A stretch of DNA of 64,000 nucleotides, taken from positions 10,664,001 to 10,728,000 of the forward strand of contig NC_043013.1 in NCBI RefSeq assembly GCF_006345805.1. The letters run 5' to 3'. The DNA is from Octopus sinensis (taxonomy: Eukaryota). Positions 52,955-64,000 of this stretch are shown piece by piece. The number at the start of each line of letters is the position of its first letter. Within the stretch, counting starts at the first letter, position 1. The notes beneath the pieces were generated by a model, which was not told the DNA's origin, did no database searches, and saw nothing but the letters and a program-made list of their open reading frames with translations. A program made the translations under genes and the position numbers.

Positions 52955-54275
52955 TACACGCATATATTTATAGAGATATAAAATCAAAGTGAGGGTGAAA
53001 AATTGGATATTAATTTGATAGCATCAATTTTAACACCAGTTGTCTAGCATATAAAATAACTGAGATTCAGTAAATAGTATTTCATACATAAATATAAGAT
53101 GGGAATTTTTTTTTATCCACTATGTGGAAACCCTTATGCTAGAAGATCCGCTATGGTCTTAACCGCTAAGAATTGTTCTCCAGAAAAATTTAGCACACCA
53201 GAAACGTAAGTGAGCAAGACAAATGAAAAGTAACAAAAATATAGATTAATCCTAAAGAACTGTTTCACTATCAATTAATTACGTAATTTTACTTACACAA
53301 TTTATCTGTAGATCGTCAGTATGATCGTCTATGCAGAATATAATCTGCAGAACTTCACGCCAGATATCAACACGAGGTCGAAAATGCATGTAGTTCTACC
53401 TATTACACTTGCGGTTATTTTCAAAAGTCTTCGTTTAGGCATGCAAAATTACCGGAAATAAATACTGTAGAAATAATTCACTGCAGTAGTTTTCGCCGGT
53501 TTGAGAACGTATTAATTTAATATTAAAATCAAAATGAGGGTGAAAAATTGGATATTAATTTGATAACATCAATTTTAACACCAATCGTCTAGCATATAAA
53601 AAAAAACTGAGATTCAGTAAGTAGTATTTCATACATAAATATAATTATATATATAAAATTAAAAGCACACATTAATTGCAGGACTTCACACCAGCGAGAG
53701 AAAAATATGTAAACATACAACAGATAAGTACAGGACAAATAAAAAAAATGGAAAAATACGCAAGAAATACAGGATTTTACCAGTGAGCGAAAATACTTAA
53801 AAACACAGAGATAAAGTACGGGACAAAATACTTAAGGAAGTCTAACTCTTCTTCAGTTGTCGACTGTTTATTGCTGACTGTTTCGAGCTTTCAACGACAG
53901 ACAGGATAACTTCATAAGACAGCATCATCAAGAAATTTAAAAACGATAAAATTTGTGGTGAGTTAGAGCTTTGAACGAACAAACGACACCAGAGTGGAGG
54001 TACAGAGTAAACAATCGACAAAGACAGACATCAAGGGCCGTTAGGCTAAGACGAATTGTAATGGGTAAAGACTGAGAGAAATTTCGAAAAGATATGAAAT
54101 AAATAGAAGAGAAAAATAGTAGGAGAGAAAAATATAGTACAAGAGTTTGTATGTGTGTGAGTGTGTGTGTATCTCTGTGTCTGTCTCTGTCTGTCTGTCT
54201 CTCTCCCTCTATGTATATATATATATATATATATACATACATACATATATATATATACATATATATATATGTATT

Positions 54276-54306
<31 letters not shown>

Positions 54307-54730
54307 GTATATACGTTTCGTTTACGTCGCTCCGTATAGGATATAAGGCTTGTTTCCTTGTTCTCTTGGCGTATATGCTCCTCTCTGGACGGGACGTCGG
54401 TCCGTCGCAGAATTGTTCATTTTTATCTGGTGACTGGATTGGAGCTAGGTGAAATGAAGTGTTTTGCTCAAGATTACAACGCATTGCCCTGTCCAAGAAT
54501 CAAAACCACACAATCTTACGATCATGTGTCCGGTAGCTTAACCATTAGGAGACGTAAATATAAATATTCACATGTGTGAATACATGTAAACACACACGTG
54601 CGCACAGACATATACGGACACGTATGTATGTATTCTGTATGTATATATACATACATATACATATTTACATACATACTAATATACATATATACATACACAT
54701 ACACACACACATATATATATATATATGTAC

Positions 54731-54787
<57 letters not shown>

Positions 54788-54895
54788 GAGAGAGAGGGTG
54801 AAGGAGAGAGAGGTGGACACATAAATTCATGCATGCATATAATATGTGTGTATATATATATAGATGTACATATATACACGCATAAATATATATAT

Positions 54896-55300
54896 ACTCG
54901 TTTACGTGTTTCAGTCATTTGACTGCGGCCATGGTGGAGCACCGCCTTTTTAGTCGAGCAAATCGACCCGAGGATTTATTCTTTGTAAGCCTAGTACTTA
55001 TTCTATCGGTCTATTTTGCCGAACCGCTAAGTTACGGGGACGTAAACACACCAGCATCGGTTGTCAAGCGATGTTGGGGCGGACAAACACAGACACACAA
55101 ACATACATACACAGACACACACATATATATATACATATACATATATACGACGGGCTTCTTTCAGTTTCCATCTACCATATCCACTCACAATGCGTTGGTC
55201 GGCCCGAGGCTATAATAGAAGACACTTGCCCAAGGTGCCACGCAGTGGGACTGAACCCGGAACCATGTGGCTGGTAAGCCAGCTACTTACCACACAGCCT
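54896..55300 (-). mobile_element. SINE family B
   Basis: Full copy lying between two duplicated segments. Confidence 0.85.
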
Positions 55301-55557
55301 AGGTATATGTTGCTCTGAAGACAGGACACCTGTCCGTCGCGGAATTGTTCATTTTTATCTGGTGACTGGATTGGAGCTAGGTGAAGTGAAGTGTTTTGCT
55401 CAAGATTACAACTCACTGCCCTGTCCAGGAATCAAAACCACAACCTTACGATCATGAGTCGTTTACGACTTAACCACTATGACACGTAGATATAATATTC
55501 ACATGTGTGAAGATTTCTACACACACACGCGTGCACATACATATACGCACACGTATG

Positions 55558-55590
<33 letters not shown>

Positions 55591-55703
55591 GTTTGTATGT
55601 TAGATATATATATTATATAATATATATATTATATATATATATATTATATATATAGTGTATATACATATTTACATATATACATTTTACATACCTATATATA
55701 TAT

Positions 55704-55769
<66 letters not shown>

Positions 55770-55907
55770 CACAATATATATATATAGGGAGAGAGAGACA
55801 GAGGTGGATACATAAATCATGCATGCATATAATGTGTGTGTATATATAGATGTACATATATACACGCATAAATATATATATATATATGCAGATACGTACA
55901 CACACAC

Positions 55908-55959
<52 letters not shown>

Positions 55960-56017
55960 ACATACAAATTTATGTATATGTATGTGTATATATATGTATA
56001 TTATATATATAATGTAC

Positions 56018-56071
<54 letters not shown>

Positions 56072-56472
56072 TATATATACTCGTCCAACGGTAAGCATGT
56101 GTTGCACGATTAAAGGGACACAATCGGTCTTAGTCTTGTTTGATTTGTCTCCTCTCACGCTAACTTTACATAAACCTATAAATGTTACTCGTAAAACCGC
56201 CTGCTAACATTAAGCGACGGGTTTGATACGTATAAAGCGGGAAGGCGGGAGTGATACGCAGAGCGGACGGACTAAGAATTGATATTAGGAAGATATACAT
56301 TTGTGTATAAGTAAATAAATATATATGTGTGTGTGGGTATCATACCGATACACGCTTACATATATACGCCTCACCCTTGTTTGTTGGTTTGTTTGTGTGT
56401 GTGTGGTGGTGTGTGTGTGTGTGTGTGTTTGTGTGTGTGTTTGTGTGTGTGCGTGTGCGTGTGCGTGCGTGC

Positions 56473-56513
<41 letters not shown>

Positions 56514-56614
56514 TGTTTATATATTTATACTTTGAGGACGAATGAGAAAACCTGGGACAAACAAGAAAACGCATAGATATGTGAACTCGTGGTAAGCAAA
56601 TTCCACAGGTAATC

Positions 56615-56615
56615 T

Positions 56616-56665
<50 letters not shown>

Positions 56666-56846
56666 AAGATAGATAGACAGATAGATGGGTAGATAGATAG
56701 ATAGATAGACAGATAGATAGGTAGCTAGCTAGATAGATCGATAGATAGATAGGCAGAAATATAGGTTTTAGGTAAATAGATAGATAGATAGATATAGATA
56801 GTTAGATATAGATAAATAAATAGGTAGATAGATAGATAGATAGATT

Positions 56847-56881
<35 letters not shown>

Positions 56882-56955
56882 GATAGATAGATTGATAGAT
56901 AAATACATAGATAGGTAGGTAGATAGATAGATAGACAGACAGACAGATAGATTGG

Positions 56956-57021
<66 letters not shown>

Positions 57022-57039
57022 CATAGATAGATAGATAGT

Positions 57040-57096
<57 letters not shown>

Positions 57097-57130
57097 CGAT
57101 AGATAGATAGGCAGAAATATAGGTTTTAGT

Positions 57131-57194
<64 letters not shown>

Positions 57195-57540
57195 GAGAGA
57201 GAGAATGAGAGTGAAAGAGAAAGTAAAGAGACACAAAATGGTAGCAGACACACAAATGGACGGACGGATAGTCGGATGTATGAATAGATAGTATTGCGCA
57301 AACCACTGAGAAATATGTATGTTCGTGTGACTGTGTGTAAGGGTGTGAGTAAAGAAGAAGAAAAAGAAGAAGCAGAAGAAGAAGAAGAAGAAGAAGAAGG
57401 AAGAAGAGAAGAAGAGAAGAAGAAGAAGGAGGAAGAGAAGAAGAAGAGAAGAAGAAGAAGAAGAAGAAGAAAGAGGAGGAGGATGGGGAGGAGAGGGGGA
57501 GGAGGAGGAAAAAGTGGAAGGGGAGGAAGAATATGAAAAG
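56615..57540. repeat. (GATA)n, (GA)n and (GAA)n arrays
   Basis: Directly visible. Similar (GATA)n arrays lie at 20360-20515 and 25115-25675. Confidence 0.95.
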
Positions 57541-57616
57541 AAAGAGAGACTAAGAAAAAAGGAAAAAAAGTAATTTCAAATATATAATATATATTATATA
57601 TATATATATATATATA

Positions 57617-58041
57617 CAGCGAAGGATTAACCATTATGCAAAATAATCACGTGTTTAGGGCATCAAGGCAAAGAGGGGGCACCTCAGAAATGGTAAATGG
57701 TTTACGGCACAAAAGAAATCATTTCAAACTTGCCGAAATAATATTCGGGATGCCATTATCTCTGCTAAGTGTAGATGCAGATATGTTACCTAAGATTAAT
57801 TTTGAGGATCTGATCAAAGACTTTGCAATTCAAAAAAGTAGGAGGAAACTTTTCAAATATAAATAAAGTGGAAGTATACAAAAATAAACATTATTTTCTC
57901 TCTTACTGTTTTGTTTTGTTTTGGAAAGTGAAAATTTATTTTATGGTTCGTTATTGTCTATATTTTGAATCATATAATCCATTATGGGGTACGAAAATAT
58001 TTTAAGCGCTTGGGGCCTCGATGGGTCTTAATCCGGTCCTC
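57617..58041 (+). mobile_element. Internally deleted hAT transposon retaining the dimerization-domain C-terminus
   Basis: Ends CAGCGAAGGATTAA / TTAATCCGGTCCTC (CAGGGCCGGATTAA-type TIR). The internal LSLLSVDADMLPKINFEDLIKDFAIQKSRRKLF is typical of hAT C-termini. Confidence 0.8.
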
Positions 58042-58206
58042 TATGTGTGTTGTATTATTATATATAGACATACATACATACATACATCTTATATATATTA
58101 GATAATATATATATATATATATAATATATATATTATATATAATATATATATAGATATATATAACATACTATACATATACATACGTATATATTATATAATA
58201 ATATAT

Positions 58207-58247
<41 letters not shown>

Positions 58248-58249
<2 letters not shown>

Positions 58250-58535
58250 TGGTGACCCCCTTCGGTCAGACACTGACCATGGGTTTGCACCTAGAGAGTT
58301 ACCCTCTAAGGCACAAGTCTAGGCAAGGTTGTTTATGGAAGACCAGCAGTCGCCCATGCATACCGGCCTCCCCTCTCCACGTCACCGATGTTGTCCAAGG
58401 GAAAGCAAGGGCCGATACAGCTTGGCACGTGTGACGTCGCAACTCATTTCTACAGTTGAGTGAACTGGAGCAACGTGAAATAAAGTGTCTTGCTCAAGAA
58501 ACACACACGCAGCGGGTCCGGGTTCGAATCTCAAC
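58248..58535 (-). mobile_element. CORE-type SINE with a third tail type
   Basis: On -: TTCGAACCCGG...TTCTTGAGCAAGACACTTTATTTCACGTTGCTCCAGTTCACTCAAC, then a distinct tail containing CCATAAACAACCTTGCC. Confidence 0.7.
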
Positions 58536-58539
58536 GATA

Positions 58540-58583
<44 letters not shown>

Positions 58584-58747
58584 ATATAAACATACATGCA
58601 TATACATACACAGGCGGACTTTCTCTCCCTTTCACACATATTCTTTTATTTGTTTCAGTCATTTGACTGCGGTCATGCTGGAGCACCACCTATAGTCGAA
58701 CAAATCGACTCCAGCACTTATTCTTTGTAATCCTAGTACTTATCCTA

Positions 58748-60170
58748 GAGGAAAATTGAATTTACCTAGAAAAGGTTTAGTATCTGTAGAAAACTGTGTA
58801 GAGCAAGTTAGTGTAGATACAGCCTCCATCATAGTTAATAGTGAGGTACTTTTATTTAGAGATTCTGGTTTTGTAGTAGGAGATAGGGAAACCAAATCGT
58901 CAAATGTAGATAAAAACCAAAAATTAGAAGCAAGATTTTCTGAGTGGCAAGAGGAGGCTTTGCGGAGTAGATTTTTAAAGATAGTTGCAGAAAGCAGTGA
59001 TGGCTGTTGTTGCAGAAAGGAAGGTTGGAAAAAAAGAGACAAAAAGTTTGTTAGTAGCAGCAGAAAATGAGGTATTGAAGAATAACTGAATAAATACCGA
59101 GATGGACAAAAATCAGTTAAATTCCCGATGTAGGTGATGAAAATCAAGATAGGAAAGTGTTACTCTTATACTCAGTAAATGTAGTATGCTTGTACAGAAG
59201 GAATGAATACAAGAAAAGATTTGTCAACCTAGGGAGAATAATCCACAGGGAATTATGTACAAAGCTAGAATTTGACCGCAATGATAACTGATCAATTAAA
59301 ATGCAAAAAAAAAAAAAGAGAAATATAGAAATATAGGCGCAGGAGTGGCTGTGTGGTAAGTAGCTTGCTAACCAACCACATGGTTCCGGTTCAGTCCCTG
59401 CGTGGCATCTTGGGCAAGTGTCTCTGCTATAAGCCCCGGGCCGACCCATGCCTTGTGAGTGGATTTGGTAGACGGAAACTGAAAGAAGCCTGTCGTATAT
59501 ATATATATATATAATGTATGTGTGTTTTTATTGTGTCTTGTATGTCCCCCTAGCATGCTTGACAACCGATGTTGGTGTGTTTTACGTCCCCGTCACTTAA
59601 CGGTTCGGCAAAAGAGACCGATAGAATAAGTACTGGGCTTACAAAGAATAAGTCCCGGGGTCGATTTGCTCGACTAAAAAGGCGGTGCTCCAGCATGGCC
59701 GCAGTCAAATGACTGAAACAAGTAAAAGAGTAAAAGAGTAAAGAGAGAGATGTGAGATTATAACAGTCAGACTTAAAGAGTAATAGATGTTAGAAGACCT
59801 GATTTCGTAGTAGTAGACGAAGGAATAGAAAGTGCCATGTAATTGACTTTACTCCCCAAAATGATGAGAAAGACAATATGAGAGGTAGAAAGAAAAAAAA
59901 CCCCGAAAATATCAGGACCTATCCATTCAGTTACACAGTTTGTTGAAAGCGCAAGTAAAATGTATCGTTGTAGTCGTAGATGTATTTAGAACTATTTCTT
60001 AAGACTTGAACAGATGGATAGAGGAAATAGGCATAAAACCTGTTTAGTGCAGTATTATACGAGGAGCAGCTAGGATACTTCGAAAGGTTCTTGGCATCTA
60101 AGGTTACTTGTTGAAGCCCGATGTTAGAATTTCCTACCAACAATCTGATGTGTTGTGTTGTGCGTATATA
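58748..60170 (+). mobile_element. Older degenerate R4/Dong LINE (post-RT region to RLE), interrupted by SINE B
   Basis: KLNLPRK-GLVSVENCVEQ...EWQEEALRSRFL resembles RLYLPRKEGGRGL.SVEDCV...W..K.LHGQF. After the SINE come RRPDFVVVD...KCHVIDF...KYQDL and AARILRKVLGI*. Confidence 0.75.
59336..59745 (+). mobile_element. SINE family B inserted in a Dong/R4 LINE relic
   Basis: Complete head GGCGCAGGAGTGGCTGTGTGGTAAG. Further partial copies lie at about 493-660, 36860-37030, 42775-42920, 48940-49060 and 58640-58745. Confidence 0.85.
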
Positions 60171-60216
60171 AAACAACAACAACAATAGCAACAACAACAA
60201 TAACAACAACAATGAC

Positions 60217-60297
<81 letters not shown>

Positions 60298-60321
60298 AAT
60301 GATAATAATAATGATAATAAC

Positions 60322-60520
60322 TACACGGATCAAAAAAGATTGGTATAAATGTAACGATGGAACTCCTACAAAAATCAGTATTGCTTGGAACTGCACGAAT
60401 TCTTCGCAGGGTTCTTGAAGCTTGTCCAGTTAGTTAACAAATTCCATCTTAGACTGCTAGCTGTAGACAGCTGACACTTTCCATCATATCCAGCAAAATA
60501 AGTTGAGAGTTTCCATCAAA
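60322..60520 (+). mobile_element. Second R4/Dong family 3' end
   Basis: Reads KIGINVTMELLQKSVLLGTARILRRVLEA, then a different 3' UTR and (TAA)n. Confidence 0.8.
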
Positions 60521-60567
60521 TAATAATAATAATGATAATAATAATAATAATGATGATGGTGATGGTG

Positions 60568-61027
60568 ATATCATGCCTCCTCATTGATATGACTGTCCCA
60601 ATCGATATAAACATATCTGTCAAGACCTACCAAAAACTGAGCAAATATAAAGATCTTGAAATAGAAATGAGCAAAATGTGGAACCTGAAGACTAAAACAA
60701 TACCTGTTGTCATAGGTGCCCTGGGAATGATAGCAAGGGGGGCTGATTTCTACCTATCTCAGATACCAGGAAATCCAAAACTGGCAGAAATTCAAAAGAT
60801 AGTGCTCATTGGAACTGCTCATATCCTACGCAAAATACTTTCTATGTAATCTCAAGTTTTAAAACAAACATAATTTTTTTATGGTTTCTTAAGCATTCAC
60901 TAGTACAACACCAAATATATGGCACTCTAGGCATAACAGCAACATGAACTTCTAACTTGTTGTCTCTTGAGGTCTCTGGGTGAGACTTGGAGCCAACTTG
61001 TACAAATGTAAAGCAAATGTCAAAAAT
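60568..61027 (+). mobile_element. 5'-truncated R4/Dong-clade non-LTR retrotransposon (RLE C-terminus plus 3' UTR)
   Basis: Intact frame CLLIDMTVPID...KLSKYKDLEIEMSKMWNLKTKTIPVVIGALG...IQKIVLIGTAHILRKILSM* matches the restriction-like endonuclease end of R4/Dong elements. It is flanked by (TAA)n, the known Dong target. Confidence 0.9.
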
Positions 61028-61108
61028 AGAATAATAAAATAATAATAATCATAATAATAATAATAATAACGATAATAATGATGATAATAATAATAATAAT
61101 AATAATAA

Positions 61109-61157
<49 letters not shown>

Positions 61158-61164
61158 TAATAAT

Positions 61165-61937
61165 TGCCCTGATGCAGTACCAGGCAGTGGCTCTCATGGT
61201 TCTGATCTAACTGATTGGAAGTGTTATCATGTACATTGTTTTGTCTTGGTATAAAGATGGGCTACAGCAAATATTCTGCTCAATACCACAGATTTGCTTG
61301 TCAGTTGTTTGACCATAACCAGTTGAGCATGTCCCTTAGTGGCTGACGATATGTGCATCTCTGATCACGAGCAGAAGTAGTGGGGGAGCATCATAGCCAT
61401 GTGTTGAGAGGGATTCTTTGGGGTTTGAATAGTTCACCTCTGGAAACATGGGTGGTTCTTTCAACATCCTTAAACACCCTTATTCAGGGACCGTTTGAGC
61501 GGGATGGGCTACTCAACCTGAAGAAAATTCTAACTGGGCCCCACTGCAAGGTCATGTGCTGTTTATCTTGATATGAGATCACCATGTCGCGCACATATGG
61601 TTGTGATGCATGTGCCTGGTGTACCTTTATCAGACGGGTAGTCATGATGGGTATATTGGGCTTCGTATATTTTACCCCAGTGTCACTTTGATGGCATGAA
61701 CTGCTCTCTCACTCAATAATAATAATAATAATAAATGCCCTGATGCACTACCAGGAAGTGGCTCTCATGGCTGCTGATCTTAACTGATTGGAAGTGTTAT
61801 CATGTACAATGTTTTGTCTTGGTATAAAAGATGGGCTACAGCAAATATTCTGCTCAATACCACAGATTTGCTTGTCAGTTGTTTGACCTTAACCAGTTGA
61901 CCATGTCCTTTAGTGCCTGACGATATGTGCATCTCTG
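61165..61937 (+). mobile_element. Family E copy 3 (61165-61714) and 3'-truncated copy 4 (61735-61937)
   Basis: Both start TGCCCTGATGCA.TACCAGG.AGTGGCTCTCATGG. Copy 3 ends CTGCTCTCTCACTC(AAT)n. An internal fragment also lies at 36560-36735. Confidence 0.85.
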
Positions 61938-62427
61938 CTTCCAGTACAGGAATTTATATCCCAATTCAGGTTCAGTTGCCATCATCATTTCACCACTTGG
62001 CCTTCTTATACCTTCCCTTTTGTCAAAATTTTCCTCTCCCATCACCATCAAAAGCACATTTTGAAAATCCAAACACCATCTTGATATGATCTGAAAAAAT
62101 TCGCACAGACTGGACTAGATTATTTAATTGCCTCATGTTTTTGTGGTAGAATCGTGTCTATCTGAACAAAACGTTCAGCAGTATATCTTCTGATACTTCG
62201 AGTTTTGAGTTCAAATTTTGCCGATGTCAACTCTATCTTTCATCATTTCAGGATGGACAAAATAACTACCAGCTGAGCATTGAGGTCGATTTAATCAATT
62301 AGCCCCTCCTCTCCATACCAAAATTTCTGTCCTTGTACCAATAGTAGAAAAAAATTATTAATAATATAATTTTGCTTTTTCCACATTCGAATGTATCATT
62401 TCTGTGATATCTTTAGTATAAATGTAA

Positions 62428-62655
62428 TTCTTTACTACCCACAAGGGGCTGAACACAGCGGGGACAAACAAGGACAGACGAACGGATTAAGTCGATTATA
62501 TAGACCCCAGTGCGTAACAGGTACTTAATTTATCGACCTCGAAAGGATGAAAGGCAAAGTCAACCTCGGCGGAATTTGAACTCAGAACGTAACGGCAGAC
62601 GAAATACGGCTACGCATCTCGCCCGGCGTACTAATGATTCTGCCAGCTCACCGCC
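62428..62655 (-). mobile_element. SINE family A
   Basis: Near-full copy. More diverged or partial relatives lie at about 11910-12105, 13522-13640, 30100-30245, 31930-32120, 32605-32820, 51502-51715 and 62140-62350. Confidence 0.85.
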
Positions 62656-63447
62656 TATCTTTAGTATAAATGTTCGTTCAAATAGATACAGAGAACACTG
62701 TATTACATATTCAACATGCCAGGTTATGCAAGCCCCATGGTGACGATAACAGTAAGACATCTCAGTTGATGTGATATTTGCATGAGGTTATCTTGGCAGA
62801 ATTGAATAATCCAATGGATTCCATAGTGTCTATCGGTCTCCTGTTTTGAAATGTTTAAACGAAAACTATGGCAAACTTCCAGTTCAATTCTTAGAGATAA
62901 TTTTAATCAAAATATCGCAATAATATATGTTATAATGTACAACGCCGCATCCCTCAAATGACAAGAAAACCTCCAAAATTAAATTCAGATCAGCTTTATC
63001 AGGGCTGATACGAACACACATGCGAACATATGGAGCAGCAGCAACAACAATAGCAGAAACAGATGCGTGTATGAGTGTGTATGATATATGTGTGTATACG
63101 TGCGTTTGTGTGTAAAAGTATAGACGAGCAAAGAACTGGTATTGGGCCAGATTATGGCATTTATATATTTATGTAATACATGGGGAGAAACATGCTTTAA
63201 GGAGTTTAAATCACAAGAGATCGGTAAAAAGTTCCATCAAGGAATGTTCATTATGGTAACGAGATATACTTGTACTTCCCGGATGCATATTCATACATAC
63301 ATACATACACAAATACATACATACATACATACATACATACATACATGCATACATACACACAAACGTACATATGCATACACACACACACATACACACAAAT
63401 ATATATATATACGCACACATACACATACACATAAGATAAAAATAAAT

Positions 63448-63693
63448 GCGCCCTTTTAAAGCCTAGCCAGGCTCATGGGCCCGGTTTCCCGGTTTCTATG
63501 GCGTATGTGTTCCCCAGATGGACGGGACGCCAGTCCATCGCAGCGTTACTCATTTTTGCCAGCTGAGTGGACTGGAGTAACGTGAAATGAAGTGTTTTGC
63601 TCAAGAACAGAACGCGTCGCCCGGTCCAGGAATCGAAACCGCAATCTTACGATCATGGTGCTGACACCCTAGCCACTAAGTCAAGCGCCTCCA
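63448..63693 (-). mobile_element. SINE family C (tRNA head plus CORE-like domain)
   Basis: On -: GGAGGCGCTTGACTTAGTGGCTAGGG...GGTTTCGATTCC...TGTTCTTGAGCAAAACACTTCATTTCACG...CCAGTCCACTCAGCTG...GCGATGGACTGGCGTCCCGTCC. Relatives at 27790-27970(+), 54365-54557(-) and 55303-55487(-). Confidence 0.8.
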
Positions 63694-63910
63694 CATACAT
63701 ATATATGTATACACACTTTTATATATATGTATGTACGTCTGAATGTATGTATGTATGTATGCATGCATGCATGTATGTATGTATGTATGCATGTATGTAT
63801 GTATGTATGTATGTGTGTATCAGGTGGCCCGGGCTAATTTTTGGCCGAAAACGTATCAGTTTTACGTCTGTCTGTCTGTTCTCTATATGTATGTTCTGTA
63901 TATGTATGTG

Positions 63911-63985
<75 letters not shown>

Positions 63986-64000
63986 AGTAAAAGCAAAATA

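Noticed and set aside
59336-59410. tRNA genes at SINE heads
   Set aside because: A/B boxes are present but no complete cloverleaf; they continue into SINE bodies.

Overview
AT-rich, microsatellite-saturated animal genomic DNA. The repeat families and composition strongly suggest an octopod cephalopod (inference). One credible protein-coding exon is present: exon 1 of a central-class Hox gene (17098-18391, +). It ends in the hexapeptide FYPWMGIV-G at a phase-1 GTAAGT donor and is most likely Lox4 (Lox2 not excluded). No homeobox exon is visible, so intron 1 appears to exceed 45 kb, unless the exon lies in the 100-N gap. The rest is repeats: at least three tRNA-derived SINE families (one dimeric), R4/Dong-type LINE relics stacked with a ~550-bp non-autonomous element in (TAA)n tracts, Penelope relics with minimal hammerhead-like motifs, mariner, hAT and Merlin-like DNA elements, an orientation-switching 26-bp minisatellite around a LINE fragment, a 27-bp tandem array, and a 5' U2 snRNA fragment. 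Nearly all other ORFs in the track are microsatellite or SINE artefacts. Family assignments come from recalled motifs, not database searches, and repeat boundaries are approximate.
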